A stretch of 64,000 nt of DNA from Massalongia carnosa (taxonomy: Eukaryota), in assembly GCA_965645245.1 (NCBI GenBank), contig OZ287070.1, positions 248,001 through 312,000 on the forward strand, read 5' to 3'. A program made the translations under genes and the position numbers. A model generated the notes under the pieces. The model was not told the origin of the DNA and did not search any database. It was given only the letters and a program-made list of their open reading frames with translations. Positions 1-11,352 of the stretch are shown in pieces; positions within the stretch are counted from its first letter, which is position 1, and the number at the start of each line of letters is the position of its first letter.

Positions 1-364
1 GGAGTCTCAGCAGAGGGCCGACCAAGCGGCCAAACAAGCAAGGGCTGAGGAGAGGAAAAACGCAGCTGCAAGAAAGGTTGCTAAGACTATGAAGCCTAGA
101 AAGGATGATGTTTCGCAAGCGATGCATTTTCGGAATTGAGATCATCGCAATGAGTAGTAAGAGTAGTAGTATTAATAGTAGTATGAATAGGTAGATGAGG
201 ATTTTTCAGAATGCAGGGCTAAGCTAAATCAGCTAGAGGAAGCTTGCGGAGAGACGGCGATGGACGTGCACATATTTAGTATGGGGAGGTGGCTTGTAGC
301 TAGTCCTAATTTGGAATGATTTTCGCTGGGGGGACGGTGGGGGACTGTCCCGAGTCTTCTCGGT

Positions 365-882
365 AAGTAAACTCGTATATTCTTTGCCTCTATTCGACTC
401 ATGCTGAGTAGTCATAATTAGATTGGGAATAATTCTCATCAAGATTAAACTGATAACCGTCGCTGCAAGTACTGTTCCATATTTAAAAGACATACAATCG
501 TCGAATACAGAGGCATATAGAACTGTTGAATTTTCAACTCCTACCAGTACAGTGAACACCTACCAGTTCAATGAACATAGCACCTACGACTGCCCATGAT
601 GGACAGAGCACCTACAGAAACCGTAGATGCCGTATTAGGCTTAGCCTAGATATTAGATAAGATCGGCTCAATCTTATCACCTCGCTTAGCAGAGGGTGAC
701 CAGTTATGGGACAAAGACTGCTGAACAGCACTCTTCATCCTTAACATCACGGTCATACATACCATTTTTATCATAGCCATATAAGCATAGTCATATACCT
801 ATTTCAACAAAAACCCTCCTTAATAAAAAAGGACCTCGCGACCACCTTTTTTTGGCCCCCTGCAACGATCCCTGCAGACCCT
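365..882. repeat. Long terminal-like repeat of an unidentified DNA transposon (about 245 bp once the solo LTR at 524-809 is removed); inverted copy at 19234-19477
   Basis: 365-523 plus 810-882 aligns with the reverse complement of 19234-19477; shared end AGGGTCTGCAGGGA. Confidence 0.75.
524..809. mobile_element. Solo LTR (TGTTG...CAACA, copia-like ends)
   Basis: TGTTGAA...TTCAACA ends; flanks AGAAC/AAAAC (5-bp TSD, 1 mismatch); empty site seen in the copy near 19.3 kb; homologous solo LTR at 36185-36454. Confidence 0.85.
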
Positions 883-1469
883 TTGGAATCTTCTCCTTTT
901 AAGCGGTCACCCTCTACTAAGCGAAGTGATAATAGTTTATCCGAGCCTAGGTTGCCACGCGGGTGAAAAAAAAAGGGCAAGGTGAGCCGAAATTCCCCCA
1001 CCAAAAATTACCCTTTTCTTCCCTTTTTTCTTCCCTATCTTCTTCCCCATTCAACATTTCAATTCGTATGACCATTGAAGTTCTACATACATTCTATTCA
1101 ATAGCCAGTCATCGCTCCCTCAGCCCTAATTACCTCTTCCAATCGTTTGGGCATTGATCGAAATCTTTCATTGATGAATTCCTGCGTCACCCGTTCCCAT
1201 CTATCCCTAATCAGCTGCTTTAAGCTGACATTGTCCCAATGAGGATACTTTCGAACATGCTGCTTCGCTGGCTGCTAGCAATTTTCTATAGGGGACAAAC
1301 CAGGTGATGAGGCACAATTGAAATAATGCTCTAAATGATGATCTTCCTTCCATTTCTTGACGGCATTTCTTGTCTTGCCCGTGCCATGACCAGAGTCTAC
1401 ATCTTCTTCAAGTACGAAGTCATCCCCACGCTCCAGCCAGGGCTTGACGACGGGGTCAAGAACGGATTC

Positions 1470-1917
1470 TGTCACGGAATCCCTTCGCACCCTCCCACTT
1501 GTCCTGATCGGGTTAGTATTTAACAGGGCCCATTGCTAGGAAACCTCACCTATGGTGCTCAGGCATTCTTCTGCCGCCCTCAACGCACTATCAATCTCCT
1601 ACCATCCGTATCCAATCTCAACGTCTCCACTATCCAGGCTTATGACTGAGAGTGCCTGGCACAGAGAGATTGCTTCAGCACAGATAAAGGCGGGATAGGT
1701 CAAAGCAATCATGTTAAGGAAATTAGTATAGGGACCGAGATGGGGCAAGTCGAGAAAGGGGAGTTGAAAGCCATGGCTATAAAGTATATGTGGTTTTCCA
1801 GGTGTTTAGAGCTCTCCATCGGACGTCTTGTGTATTATTCTCAACTTCTAGTTTTAGCATATCTAGTTATCCGTTCTGCAAGATAGAGTCTTGTATCTCT
1901 CCAGCCCTCCCCTGACA
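1470..1917 (+). mobile_element. Solo LTR, family A (448 bp)
   Basis: TGTCA...TGACA ends; perfect 5-bp TSD GATTC (1465-1469 and 1918-1922); splits the Tc1 ORF. Confidence 0.9.
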
Positions 1918-2173
1918 GATTCAATATACACCTGATAAGTCATTTTACTATTGCTGTTGCCCGGCACGTCATAAAACATAATATCCGACTTGAAATTGTA
2001 GCCAATTGCAGCCCAGCAATGTTTTCGTTTTCGATCTTTCTCAGGAGGCGGGTCACGATGTTGTATGCAATCCCAACGATATCGTGTTCCGGGCTGACGA
2101 ATGATTCGTAACTGTCCTTCCGGCCCATATCCAAAATGAATTTCATCACTAAATCGTACGCGATCCCATTGCT

Positions 2174-2519
2174 TGTCACGGTGCGAGGTCAGGTAAGAAT
2201 TCAGGTGGTGTAAACGTGTGTTACTTGATTGTCTAGCTAGGTGGACAAGACGTTCGACAAGGAGAAAAGAAACAGAAAATCCAACGTGGGCGAGTATAAG
2301 ACTCTGGCGAACGGAACCAGTCCCAATCCAGCCGTTGATCCAATTTCCCCAAGTCCCTAGCATGAAACTATCGCCATGACACTATTGATAGTCGGAACAC
2401 TTACCTTTGAACCGGATTAAGCTTAGTTACTTTCGGATGGCTAACCGGCTAGTGCTTCGTTCAAGCAGCTAAGGTTGATTCAATGAACTAACTGGCAGGT
2501 GCCCAGTCACTCCATGACA
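2174..2519 (-). mobile_element. Solo LTR of the same family as the full-length gypsy element at 3659-9724
   Basis: Reverse complement matches the 391-bp LTR but lacks the extra internal tandem units; TSD TTGCT (2169-2173 and 2520-2524). Confidence 0.92.
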
Positions 2520-2752
2520 TTGCTCCGGTTTGGGATATCTGGTCAGTATCATGTGAGCAAATTCGACCCGTCTTTCCATAGGTGGGTCGGCCAGTCATCC
2601 CTTGACGCAGGCCAGACATTTCTCATAGTTTAGAGCAGCCGACATAACATTGTGCATTGTACGACCGACAACGTCGGCCCCAATCTCTATAGCCAGTTGT
2701 TCCTATGTGTATCGTTTTCCTTCCAACTGTAGCCCCTCATCTTGTAGAATGT

Positions 2753-3200
2753 TGTCATGAAATCGAACCAACCCGATCCAGAATCAATCCCGCAGATGAA
2801 TCTGACTAAGCTCCCGTTCCTCTATTCAGCTTAGTCAGAATCTCATTAACTAAATCGAGTTTAGACCCCTCTCAACGGCTTCAGGTCAAAGCTGTACCAT
2901 CACCATCAAAGCGTACCAACGACAGGAGAACCTCATCTCCACCTTTTATCGTCAAACACCTTGTCAAACCTTCGTGCCGTACGTCTCCTAATAGGGGGAG
3001 ATGAACACTGATCGAATCTTCATGCAAAGGGGTTCGAGACAAATATAAAAGGAAGGACAAGTTAATTAGATAGTTGACTCCTTGTCCGACGTCTTGTATA
3101 GCAATCCATCACCTAGCTATAGCCTTATTAATAAAGACATCTTGATCACCCAATCCAATTCCTAGGAACATTAGTTCAATCCCCTGCCCAGTCCTTGACA
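2753..3200 (+). mobile_element. Solo LTR, family C (448 bp)
   Basis: TGTCA...TGACA ends; TSD AATGT (2748-2752 and 3201-3205); TATAAAA box near 3044. Confidence 0.9.
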
Positions 3201-4088
3201 AATGTGATCTGCCTCCTGTATTTGTGCTTCCGTGACTTTTGATTTGCGACCGCGTGTCTCAACGAGCGTTGAATGATGTCTTCTTCTAGAAGATACTCCG
3301 TTCGAATGATCTTATAGCCCTGTCTCTCGCTTCGAATGCCAAAATGCTGAAAAATCTCTCGAGGATCGATAGAAATGCCTTTTGTAAGAAGAAATTCATA
3401 AGCTCCCTCCACCTTGGCCTTTTGAGGTGTATCGTAGTGGGATGGCATTTTGAAATGTTGAATGAGGAAGAAGATGGGGAAGAAAAAGGGGAAGAAAAGG
3501 GGGGAGTTTGGTGGGGGAGTTTCGGCTCACCTTGCCCTTTTTTTTTCACCCGTGGTTGCTTAAGACACCGCTAAAGTAACCGATACGGTTAGACTGGAAC
3601 TGATCTAATCTAATCTGTTGTGCTGGTAGAAGTTGAACATTCAACAAGGCTCCTTACTTGTCATGGAGTGACTGGGCACCTGCCAGTTAGTTCATTGAAC
3701 CAACCTTAGCTGCTTGAACGGAGCACTAGCCGGCTAGCCGATCCGAAAGGAACTAAGCTTAATCCGGTTTAGTCAGGGCAAAGGTAAGTGTTCCGGCTGA
3801 AGGTAAGTGTTCCGGCTGAAGGTAAGTGTTCGGACTGTCAATAGTGTCATAGCGATAGTTTCATGCCAGGGACTTGGGAAATTGGATCAACGGCTGGATT
3901 GGGACTGGTTCCGTTCGCCAGAGTCTTATACTCGCCCACGTTGGATTTTCTGTTTCTTTTCTCCTTGTCGAACGTCTTGTCCACCTAGCTAGACAATCAA
4001 GTAATACGTTTGCACCATCTGAATTTCTACCTGACCTCGCACCGTGACACTACGTTCGACCAGCCTATTCACCTGGTGCATCATCATC

Positions 4089-5216
4089 ATGTCTATCAAC
4101 CTCGACCCCCCCACCGCCGTTTCCAATGCCAACGAACTGAGCAGTGCCGTGCAGCAACACCCACAAGCATGGCTCGATTTCCTTCTTCGCATCACCAACT
4201 TCGCGTCCAACGCTCAGGAAATCATCACCACCTTAGAGACCGACAAAGCAACCGCACTATCTTCCCTTGAACAGGCTAACGTCACTCTGACCGAGAATTC
4301 AATCACCATGGCCGCCGGACAGGCTGTTCTAGACGAACTCCGCACCAACCTTGCCGATGCATCCTCGCAGTCTAAATCACACCGCTCCACTAAGCATCCA
4401 GACCCCTCTCTCTTTGGTGGCGACAAAGCAGAACTTCGAGGATGGATGACACAACTCCGGATCAAGCTAAACATCAACAAGGACCATTATCCCACCGAGC
4501 AAAGCAAGCTGGCTTATGCGCTAAGCCGCTTGAAGGAAAAAGCTTTGGAACAAATGCAGCCGTACCTAGAAAGAGATGGAAACATTGCCCTTGTCGATAT
4601 GAACGCGTTCTATACCAAACTGCAATTGGCCTTCGGTGATCCTGATAGAAAAGCAACAGCACAAAGGGAACTGCGACAGCTTCGACAAAAGAATAAAGAG
4701 TTCTACTTATATCTATCCGACTATCAGCGCCTCGTTCCCGACACAGGCTTCGACGATGAAGCCAAACGATCGATTCTTCTGGACGGTCTCAGCGATGAGT
4801 TAAAATCCGCTCTAATCACGGTAGACCTACCCGCTTCCCTGGATGACACTATACAAGTCCTCCAGAAAATCGATAACCGATTCCGCTCCGTTCAAGCATC
4901 GCTTCGCAAACCATTCACGTATGGCGGCACTTCCCGTTCTTCCTCCGCTCCGTCTACTCCGACCACCAAAACCTCTTCCAGTCCTACCACCCCCGCTCCT
5001 CGACCCGCTCCCACCCCCTCTGCAGACTCAGACGTCATGGACCTGTCAACCTCTAGGCGTCGGGGTCCCATCACACCGGCGGAACGATCGCGCCGCATGA
5101 ACGAGGGACTATGCATGTACTGTGGAGGATCCGGACATTTCGCCAACGCTTGTCCGGTCTCCAAAGGAAAATCTAGAATGAAGACATTTGAACTAAGCTC
5201 GGGAACTCCGGAGATG
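4089..5216 (+). CDS. gag: Gag with CCHC zinc knuckle (3' end lies in the N gap)
   Basis: Retrotransposon gag-like core (AQRELRQLRQ), DVMDLS motif and CMYCGGSGHFANAC knuckle; runs into 200 N at 5217-5416. Confidence 0.9.
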
Positions 5217-5416
5217 NNNNNNNNNNNNNNNNNNNNNNNNNNNNNNNNNNNNNNNNNNNNNNNNNNNNNNNNNNNNNNNNNNNNNNNNNNNNNNNNNNNN
5301 NNNNNNNNNNNNNNNNNNNNNNNNNNNNNNNNNNNNNNNNNNNNNNNNNNNNNNNNNNNNNNNNNNNNNNNNNNNNNNNNNNNNNNNNNNNNNNNNNNNN
5401 NNNNNNNNNNNNNNNN

Positions 5417-8400
5417 TATCGAAAGGAGCTATTTCAATTTCGGCATTTTCCTTGTCCAAAGAGCCTCTGTCTGAAGAAAACCTAGATGGTAGGCATTTGG
5501 TTGTGTCTCTTGTTGTCTCCATAGGAACAATCAGAATCAAGACTTATGCATTGATTGATTGTGGAGCATCTGGATTTGCCTTTGTTGATTCTTCGTTCGC
5601 GCACTACCATCGCATACCCCTCGCCCCCATGAAGAAACCTCGTATTCTTGAACTCGCAGACGGTCGTCCCGTATCGTCTGGAAAACTTACCCACCTTGCT
5701 CGTCTGAACCTTGACATCGCCTCCCACTCCGAACCCGCCAACCTTCTCGTTACCAGTCTCGGTCATTATCCTATCGTTCTCGGCATTAAATGGCTACAAG
5801 TCCACGACGTCAGCATACGATGGGCCATGAACTCTCTCACTTTCAACTCACCTTACTGCCGTCAGCACTGTCTTGACAACTCCGAGTCAAATACGGTGAT
5901 AGGCATAACCAACGTTCCTGAACTTCGCGCGGAAAAGCCCCTCGTCGTTGAAAGTATCGCTAGTCCCGACACGACTGCGCCAATCATCGCTCATAACACT
6001 AGTCCCGAGGCGGTTAGATTTAACAGGCCCGGCCGGTTAAATCTGCGCGTCAACTCTAATGCGGTCGCGTCCGCCGCCCCTTCGCCTATCTTGTCTTCGA
6101 CCTTACCCGTTCCGTCCCCGCTCGTTCCGCCGCCGACCAATCAGAGTCCACCATTGAGCATATGTATGATAGGGGCCGCCCCCTTTACCCGTCTAGCAAA
6201 GAAAAAAGAGTGTGAACTCTTTACCGTGAACATGAGAGATATCGAGCGTGCCTTGAACCCTAAACCGGAAATTGACCCTGCTACAGTGTTGCCACAGGAA
6301 TATCATGAATTTCTTGATGTATTTTCGAAGAAAGAAGCTGATAAACTTCCTGAGCGACGTAGCTATGATCATAAAATTCCATTGATGGAAGGAAAGGAAC
6401 CCACGTATGGCCCGTTATACGGCATGAGTCGAGACGAACTGTTAGTTCTACAGAAGTATCTCACGGAAAACCTGAAGAAAGGTTTTATTCGATCCAGTTC
6501 TTCCCCCGCTGCGTCCCCGGTGTTGTTCGTTAGGAAACCAGGCGGAGGCCTGCGTTTTTGTGTTGATTACAGAGCATTAAATGCGATAACGATCAAGAAC
6601 AGATACCCCCTACCTTTGATCAGAGAAACCTTGGACCGCTTGAGTAAGGCAGTTGTCTTTACTAAGTTGGATATTGTCGCGGCTTTCAACCGTCTCCGTG
6701 TAACTCATGGAGAGGAATGGAAAACTGCCTTTCGAACACGTTATGGATTATTCGAATATCTCGTCATGCCATTTGGGCTCTGTGGAGCGCCATCCTCGTT
6801 TCAGGAGTACATTAATGATGTACTTCGTGAATATCTAGACATCTTCTGCACCGCGTACATCGATGACATATTGATTTACAGCAATTTCATGAGCGAACAC
6901 AAGGGTCATGTGAGAAAAGTACTAACGGCCTTACGGAAGGCCGGACTACAACTCGACATCTCAAAGTGTGAATTACATGTCACGGAGACCATTTATTTAG
7001 GGTTGATAATATCCAAAGATGGTATAAGAATGGACCCTAACAAAATTGAGACAATTCAGAATTGGAACACCCCCGAGAATCTAAAAGACGTGCAGGCTTT
7101 CATAGGATTCGCGAATTTCTATCGTCGATTTGTCAAGGGTTTCTCTCGTATAGCCGGACCATTGACTGCTATGTCAAAAAAGAAGACATCATTCGTATGG
7201 ACCGCTGACTGCGCCAGGGCCTTCGAGGATCTGAAGGCTATGTTCACCAGTGACGTTGTTCTGCTGCATTTTGACCCCGATAAGGAAAGTGTGGTTGAAA
7301 CTGACTCTTCTGATTATGTCAATGCCGGAGTTCTCTCACAGTATGATGACAATGGAGTCCTTCGCCCCGTAGCCTTTTTCTCGCGACGTTTGTCACCGGC
7401 GGAGTGCAATTACGAGATTTATGATAAAGAACTACTAGCCATAATACGTGCATTCGAGGAATGGAGACCAGAACTCCAAGGAGCCGCATACCCGGTTAAA
7501 GTAATCACCGATCATAAAAACCTGGAGTATTTCACCACCACCAAGCAGCTAAGCAGACGACAGGCCCGCTGGGCAGAATATCTCTCACGTTTCGACTTCA
7601 AAATCACGTATAGACCCGGCAAATTAGGTGGAAAACCTGATGCTTTGACTAGAAGATCAGGAGATCTTCCTAAGGAAGGGGACGTGAGACTGGAACATCA
7701 GAATCAGGTGGTATTAAAACCGCATAATTTTGAACTTCATGCTAACAACGTGCCTCGTGTGACTGACGTGTCCGACTCTGAACCTGACATCGTCATTGAA
7801 CCATCGAACCTTGCTCCCGCCTCCGACTCGGAAGACAAATCTATAGACGAACTCATTGATCTAGGATATGAACATGACCCTATGCCTAACAAAATCCTGA
7901 CACTTCTCCGAAACGGTACTCGACACAGCAAGGACATCACCCTAGCCGAATGTGAAGACAGGAATGGAAGACTATACTACAAGGAAAGGCTATATGTCCC
8001 TGATTGGCATGAATTAAAAATGAGACTATGCAAGGAATATCACGACAGTCCAGTCGCCGGTCATCCAGGCAGATCTAAAACATTTAGTCTAATGGCGCGA
8101 GACTACTACTGGCCCCGATATCATCAGTTCACTGCCCGCTATGTTCAGCACTGTCACACATGCTCTCGCAGTAAAGCTACTCATCATGCTAAGTACGGAG
8201 TGTTGAAACCTTTGCCTGTTCCTCAACAACGATGGAAGGACATATCCATGGATTTCGTCACTGGCCTACCCGAAAGTAGTGATAAAAACGCCGTACTAAG
8301 CGTTGTTTGTCGACTAACCAAGATGAAGCATTTTATTCCATGCAGAGAAACCACCGACGCTAAGGCCTTGGCTAGGCTATACGTGGAACATGTCTGGAAA

Positions 8401-9321
8401 CTTCATGGCCTACCTGACTCCATTGTATCGGACCGAGGAGGCCAGTTCATCGCTGACTTCTGGAAAGCACTATGTGAACGACTAAAGATCAACAGTCGGC
8501 TATCCACATCGTTTCACCCGGAGACCGATGGTCAAACGGAACGATATAACGCGGTCATGGAACAATACCTCAGAAGCTATGTATCCTATCAACAAGATGA
8601 CTGGACCGACTGGTTGCCCATGGCTGAGTTCGCTAGCAATAACTCCGACTCCGAAACAACGTCCGTCAGCCCGTTCCTTGCTAACTATGGTTTCCACCCC
8701 CGTCTTGGTTTTGAACCTGTTCATCGCGACTCCCCCAATGCGCAGGTCATTAGCGCCGACGAATTCGCCTCCAAAATGCAAAGTATCAGTGAACACCTCG
8801 GCGACGAAATGCGCCTAGCTCAAGCGCGTTATGAAGCATCTGCTAATGCAAACAGGACCCCGGCTCCCATGTTTCATGTCGGTGACGAGGTATGGTTGGA
8901 CGCTAGGCATATAAAGACCAAACGGCCATCACGAAAGTTGGATTGGAAAAAGCTTGGAAGGTTCATTATAAAGAAGGTTGTTAGCAAGTACGCATACGAG
9001 TTAGACCTTCCTGCCTCTATGAAAGTTCATCCTGTGTTCCATGTCTCTCTTCTAGAGCCTGTCTCTCAACACCCCCACGTCGGCCACATACCCGCTCCTT
9101 CTCCCCCTGTCGAAGTTGAAGGTGAAACAGAGTGGGAAGTCGAAGAAATTTTGGACTCCCGTTTCTTTCGAAGACGATTACAATACCTGATCAAATGGAC
9201 TGGTTGGGACGCCCCCGACTGGACTGAAGCTAAGGACGTCACCCACTGCTCAGACCTATTGGAAGACTTTCATCGATTGAGGCCTACCAAGCCTGGTGGT
9301 CCTCGCGGAGCTCGGACCTAA
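5417..9321 (+). CDS. pol: Pol: aspartic protease, RT, RNase H, integrase, chromodomain
   Basis: ALIDCGA, LRFCVDYRALN, YIDD, ETDSSD, integrase HHCC and DDE (SMDFV, SDRG, TDGQTER), C-terminal WEVEEILDSR..YLIKWTGW; no stops in about 1290 codons. Confidence 0.96.
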
Positions 9322-9729
9322 AAGGGGAGCTGGTGTCATGGAGTGACTGGGCACCTGCCAGTTAGTTCATTGAACCAACCTTAGCTGCTTGAACGAAGCA
9401 CTAGCCGGCTAGCCGATCCGAAAGGAACTAAGCTTAATCCGGTTTAGTCAGGGCAAAGGTAAGTGTTCCGGCTGAAGGTAAGTGTTCCGGCTGAAGGTAA
9501 GTGTTCGGACTGTCAATAGTGTCATAGCGATAGTTTCATGCCAGGGACTTGGGAAATTGGATCAACGGCTGGATTGGGACTGGTTCCGTTCGCCAGAGTC
9601 TTATACTCGCCCACGTTGGATTTTCTGTTTCTTTTCTCCTTGTCGAACGTCTTGTCCACCTAGCTAGACAATCAAGTAATACGTTTGCACCATCTGAATT
9701 TCTACCTGACCTCGCACCGTGACATTACT

Positions 9730-9757
9730 GACAATAAGGAGGTTACCGAACGGGGCC
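9730..9757. repeat. PIF/Tourist-like TIR fragment that continues at about 3646-3658, split by the gypsy insertion; inverted copy starts at 19077
   Basis: ...AAGGAGGTTACCGAACGGGGCC|TAA here versus TTA|GGCCCCGTTCGGTAACCTCCTTATTG at 19074 onward. Confidence 0.6.
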
Positions 9758-10043
9758 TAATAAGTATTAAAGATAATTAAATTATGTCAAGTAATTTATT
9801 CTGATATTATTCAGTAATGATGATAATTCTTATTCCGATGTGGTACCGGCCGAAGGCCGGCCCATGCGGGCAAGTCTATAGGATTATATAATAGGGGTTT
9901 TCAGAGTAGAATTTCGACTTTTATAAATAAACCATTATTCCCGTATTTGCCATTTTGCTCAGAGTCCCCTTATCACCTTAAATTTCAAAAAGATTAATAA
10001 ACTGCTTATCGCCTTATCTGATCATCATCAAAAATCAATCATC

Positions 10044-11303
10044 ATGAAATTCTCTAAATCATCATCTTATCAAGCTTCTGAAATGCCTCGATACAGCAAC
10101 AAGCTTCTTTTACAAAGAGATCTGTACCACCTTTTCTTAGCCAGTAGTACTCTTGCCACCTCTTCCAATGAGGCCGATGACGCTTTGGAATACATCATTC
10201 TTTCTGAAGGATTAAAGGATCAGAGATATCTTTTTTCCAGATCTTCCATTCTCAAGTCCAATTGGGCCGTTCGAGTCCTTCCCACTCTTTCAGATGATCG
10301 ATATCGAGGCTTTTTACGAATGAGTCGTATCTCCGTTCAACGAATAGTTGATTTATTTCGATTCGATTCGGTCTTCCAAAACAATTCCAATATTCAACAG
10401 GCACCGGTCGAAAGTCAACTTCAATGTGCCTTATACAAGCTTGGTCATGATGGTAGCGGAAGCGGGTTTCTTTCAACTGCCACCTTTTGGGGAGTATCCG
10501 AGGGACACGTTTTCGATTGTACCAAGCGAGTGGTGGAGGCCTTATGTCGGTTGAGGAATAGCTTTATCAAATGGCCAACTGCAAGAGCTAGGACAAGAGA
10601 AAGCTTAGCCAATGATACTCGAGAATCAGGATTTATCGGAGTAGTAGGAAAGGTGGATGGGACGGATATAGTGCTCAGTACCAAACATGGAGGTCGTTAT
10701 GACGGCGAATTATTATTCTTTAATCGAAAGAAAAGATACGCCCTGGATTTATGTGCCGTATGCGATTCCGACAAAATATTCATTTACTTCCTCAGTGGTT
10801 GGCCAAACTCTCAGCACGATCAGAGAATCTTCGCGGCGGGAGATTTGAATAGAAATCCTCATCTTTACTTCTCGGAAGGGCAGTATCTTCTCGGCGACAG
10901 TGCCTACACCAATTCTCGCTATTTGGTGACTCCATACAAGGCCCCTCATACCAGAGATGCGAATGTTCGAAATTTCAATAGAAGACTGTCTCGAATTCGT
11001 ATTGACATCGAGCACACCTTTGGAATTTTGAAAGGAAGATGGAAAAGTTTAACCGGGCTGAGACTTCGAATTAGAAACAAAAAAGGTTACATCTACGCCA
11101 TTCGTTGGATTACTGCATGTGTAGTACTGCATAACGTTTTGTTGGACATGCATGATGAATGGGAAGAAGAAGAAGGATGGTGGACATCAGAAGAGGAGGC
11201 TCATGATGAAGAATTAAAACATTTGGCTACAAGGCAAATGATGGAGGGCATTTTGAAAAGGGAACAGGTAAAAGATTTAGTTCTCAATGATATTGGCAGA
11301 TGA
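10044..11303 (+). CDS. Harbinger/HARBI1-type DDE transposase (DDE_Tnp_4-like)
   Basis: FLRMSR, GKVDGTDI, GWPNSQHD, LLGDSAY, DIEHTFGILKGRW, ACVVLHN motifs; uninterrupted. Confidence 0.93.
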   Translation: MKFSKSSSYQASEMPRYSNKLLLQRDLYHLFLASSTLATSSNEADDALEYIILSEGLKDQRYLFSRSSILKSNWAVRVLPTLSDDRYRGFLRMSRISVQRIVDLFRFDSVFQNNSNIQQAPVESQLQCALYKLGHDGSGSGFLSTATFWGVSEGHVFDCTKRVVEALCRLRNSFIKWPTARARTRESLANDTRESGFIGVVGKVDGTDIVLSTKHGGRYDGELLFFNRKKRYALDLCAVCDSDKIFIYFLSGWPNSQHDQRIFAAGDLNRNPHLYFSEGQYLLGDSAYTNSRYLVTPYKAPHTRDANVRNFNRRLSRIRIDIEHTFGILKGRWKSLTGLRLRIRNKKGYIYAIRWITACVVLHNVLLDMHDEWEEEEGWWTSEEEAHDEELKHLATRQMMEGILKREQVKDLVLNDIGR

Positions 11304-11352
11304 CTATTAAGCAAGATGCATCTCATCTTTGAGACATCAATGAAATAAAATC

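Larger units (their letters stand above)
960..3552 (-). mobile_element. Degenerate Tc1/mariner DNA transposon with about 100-bp TIRs, interrupted by three solo LTRs
   Basis: TIRs about 960-1062 and 3450-3552 (CGGGTGAAAAAAAAAGGGCAAGGTGAGCCGAAA...); minus-strand transposase pieces MPSHYDTPQKAKV, WDRVRFSDEIHF, VLEEDVDSGH, SPGLSPIENC (Tc1-type DDE motifs); TA TSD not preserved. Confidence 0.85.
3659..9724 (+). mobile_element. Full-length Ty3/gypsy LTR retrotransposon (chromovirus)
   Basis: 391-bp LTRs at 3659-4049 and 9334-9724 with one visible mismatch; TSD TTACT; polypurine tract AAAAGGGGAG at about 9320-9329; gag and pol ORFs. Confidence 0.97.

Noticed and set aside
3807..3992. Identical 61-aa ORFs at 3807 and 9482
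   Set aside because: They are simply the two LTR copies
4044..5474. 476-aa gag ORF as listed in the track
   Set aside because: Its length is an artefact of reading through N, and the start lies inside the LTR; ATG 4089 is more plausible
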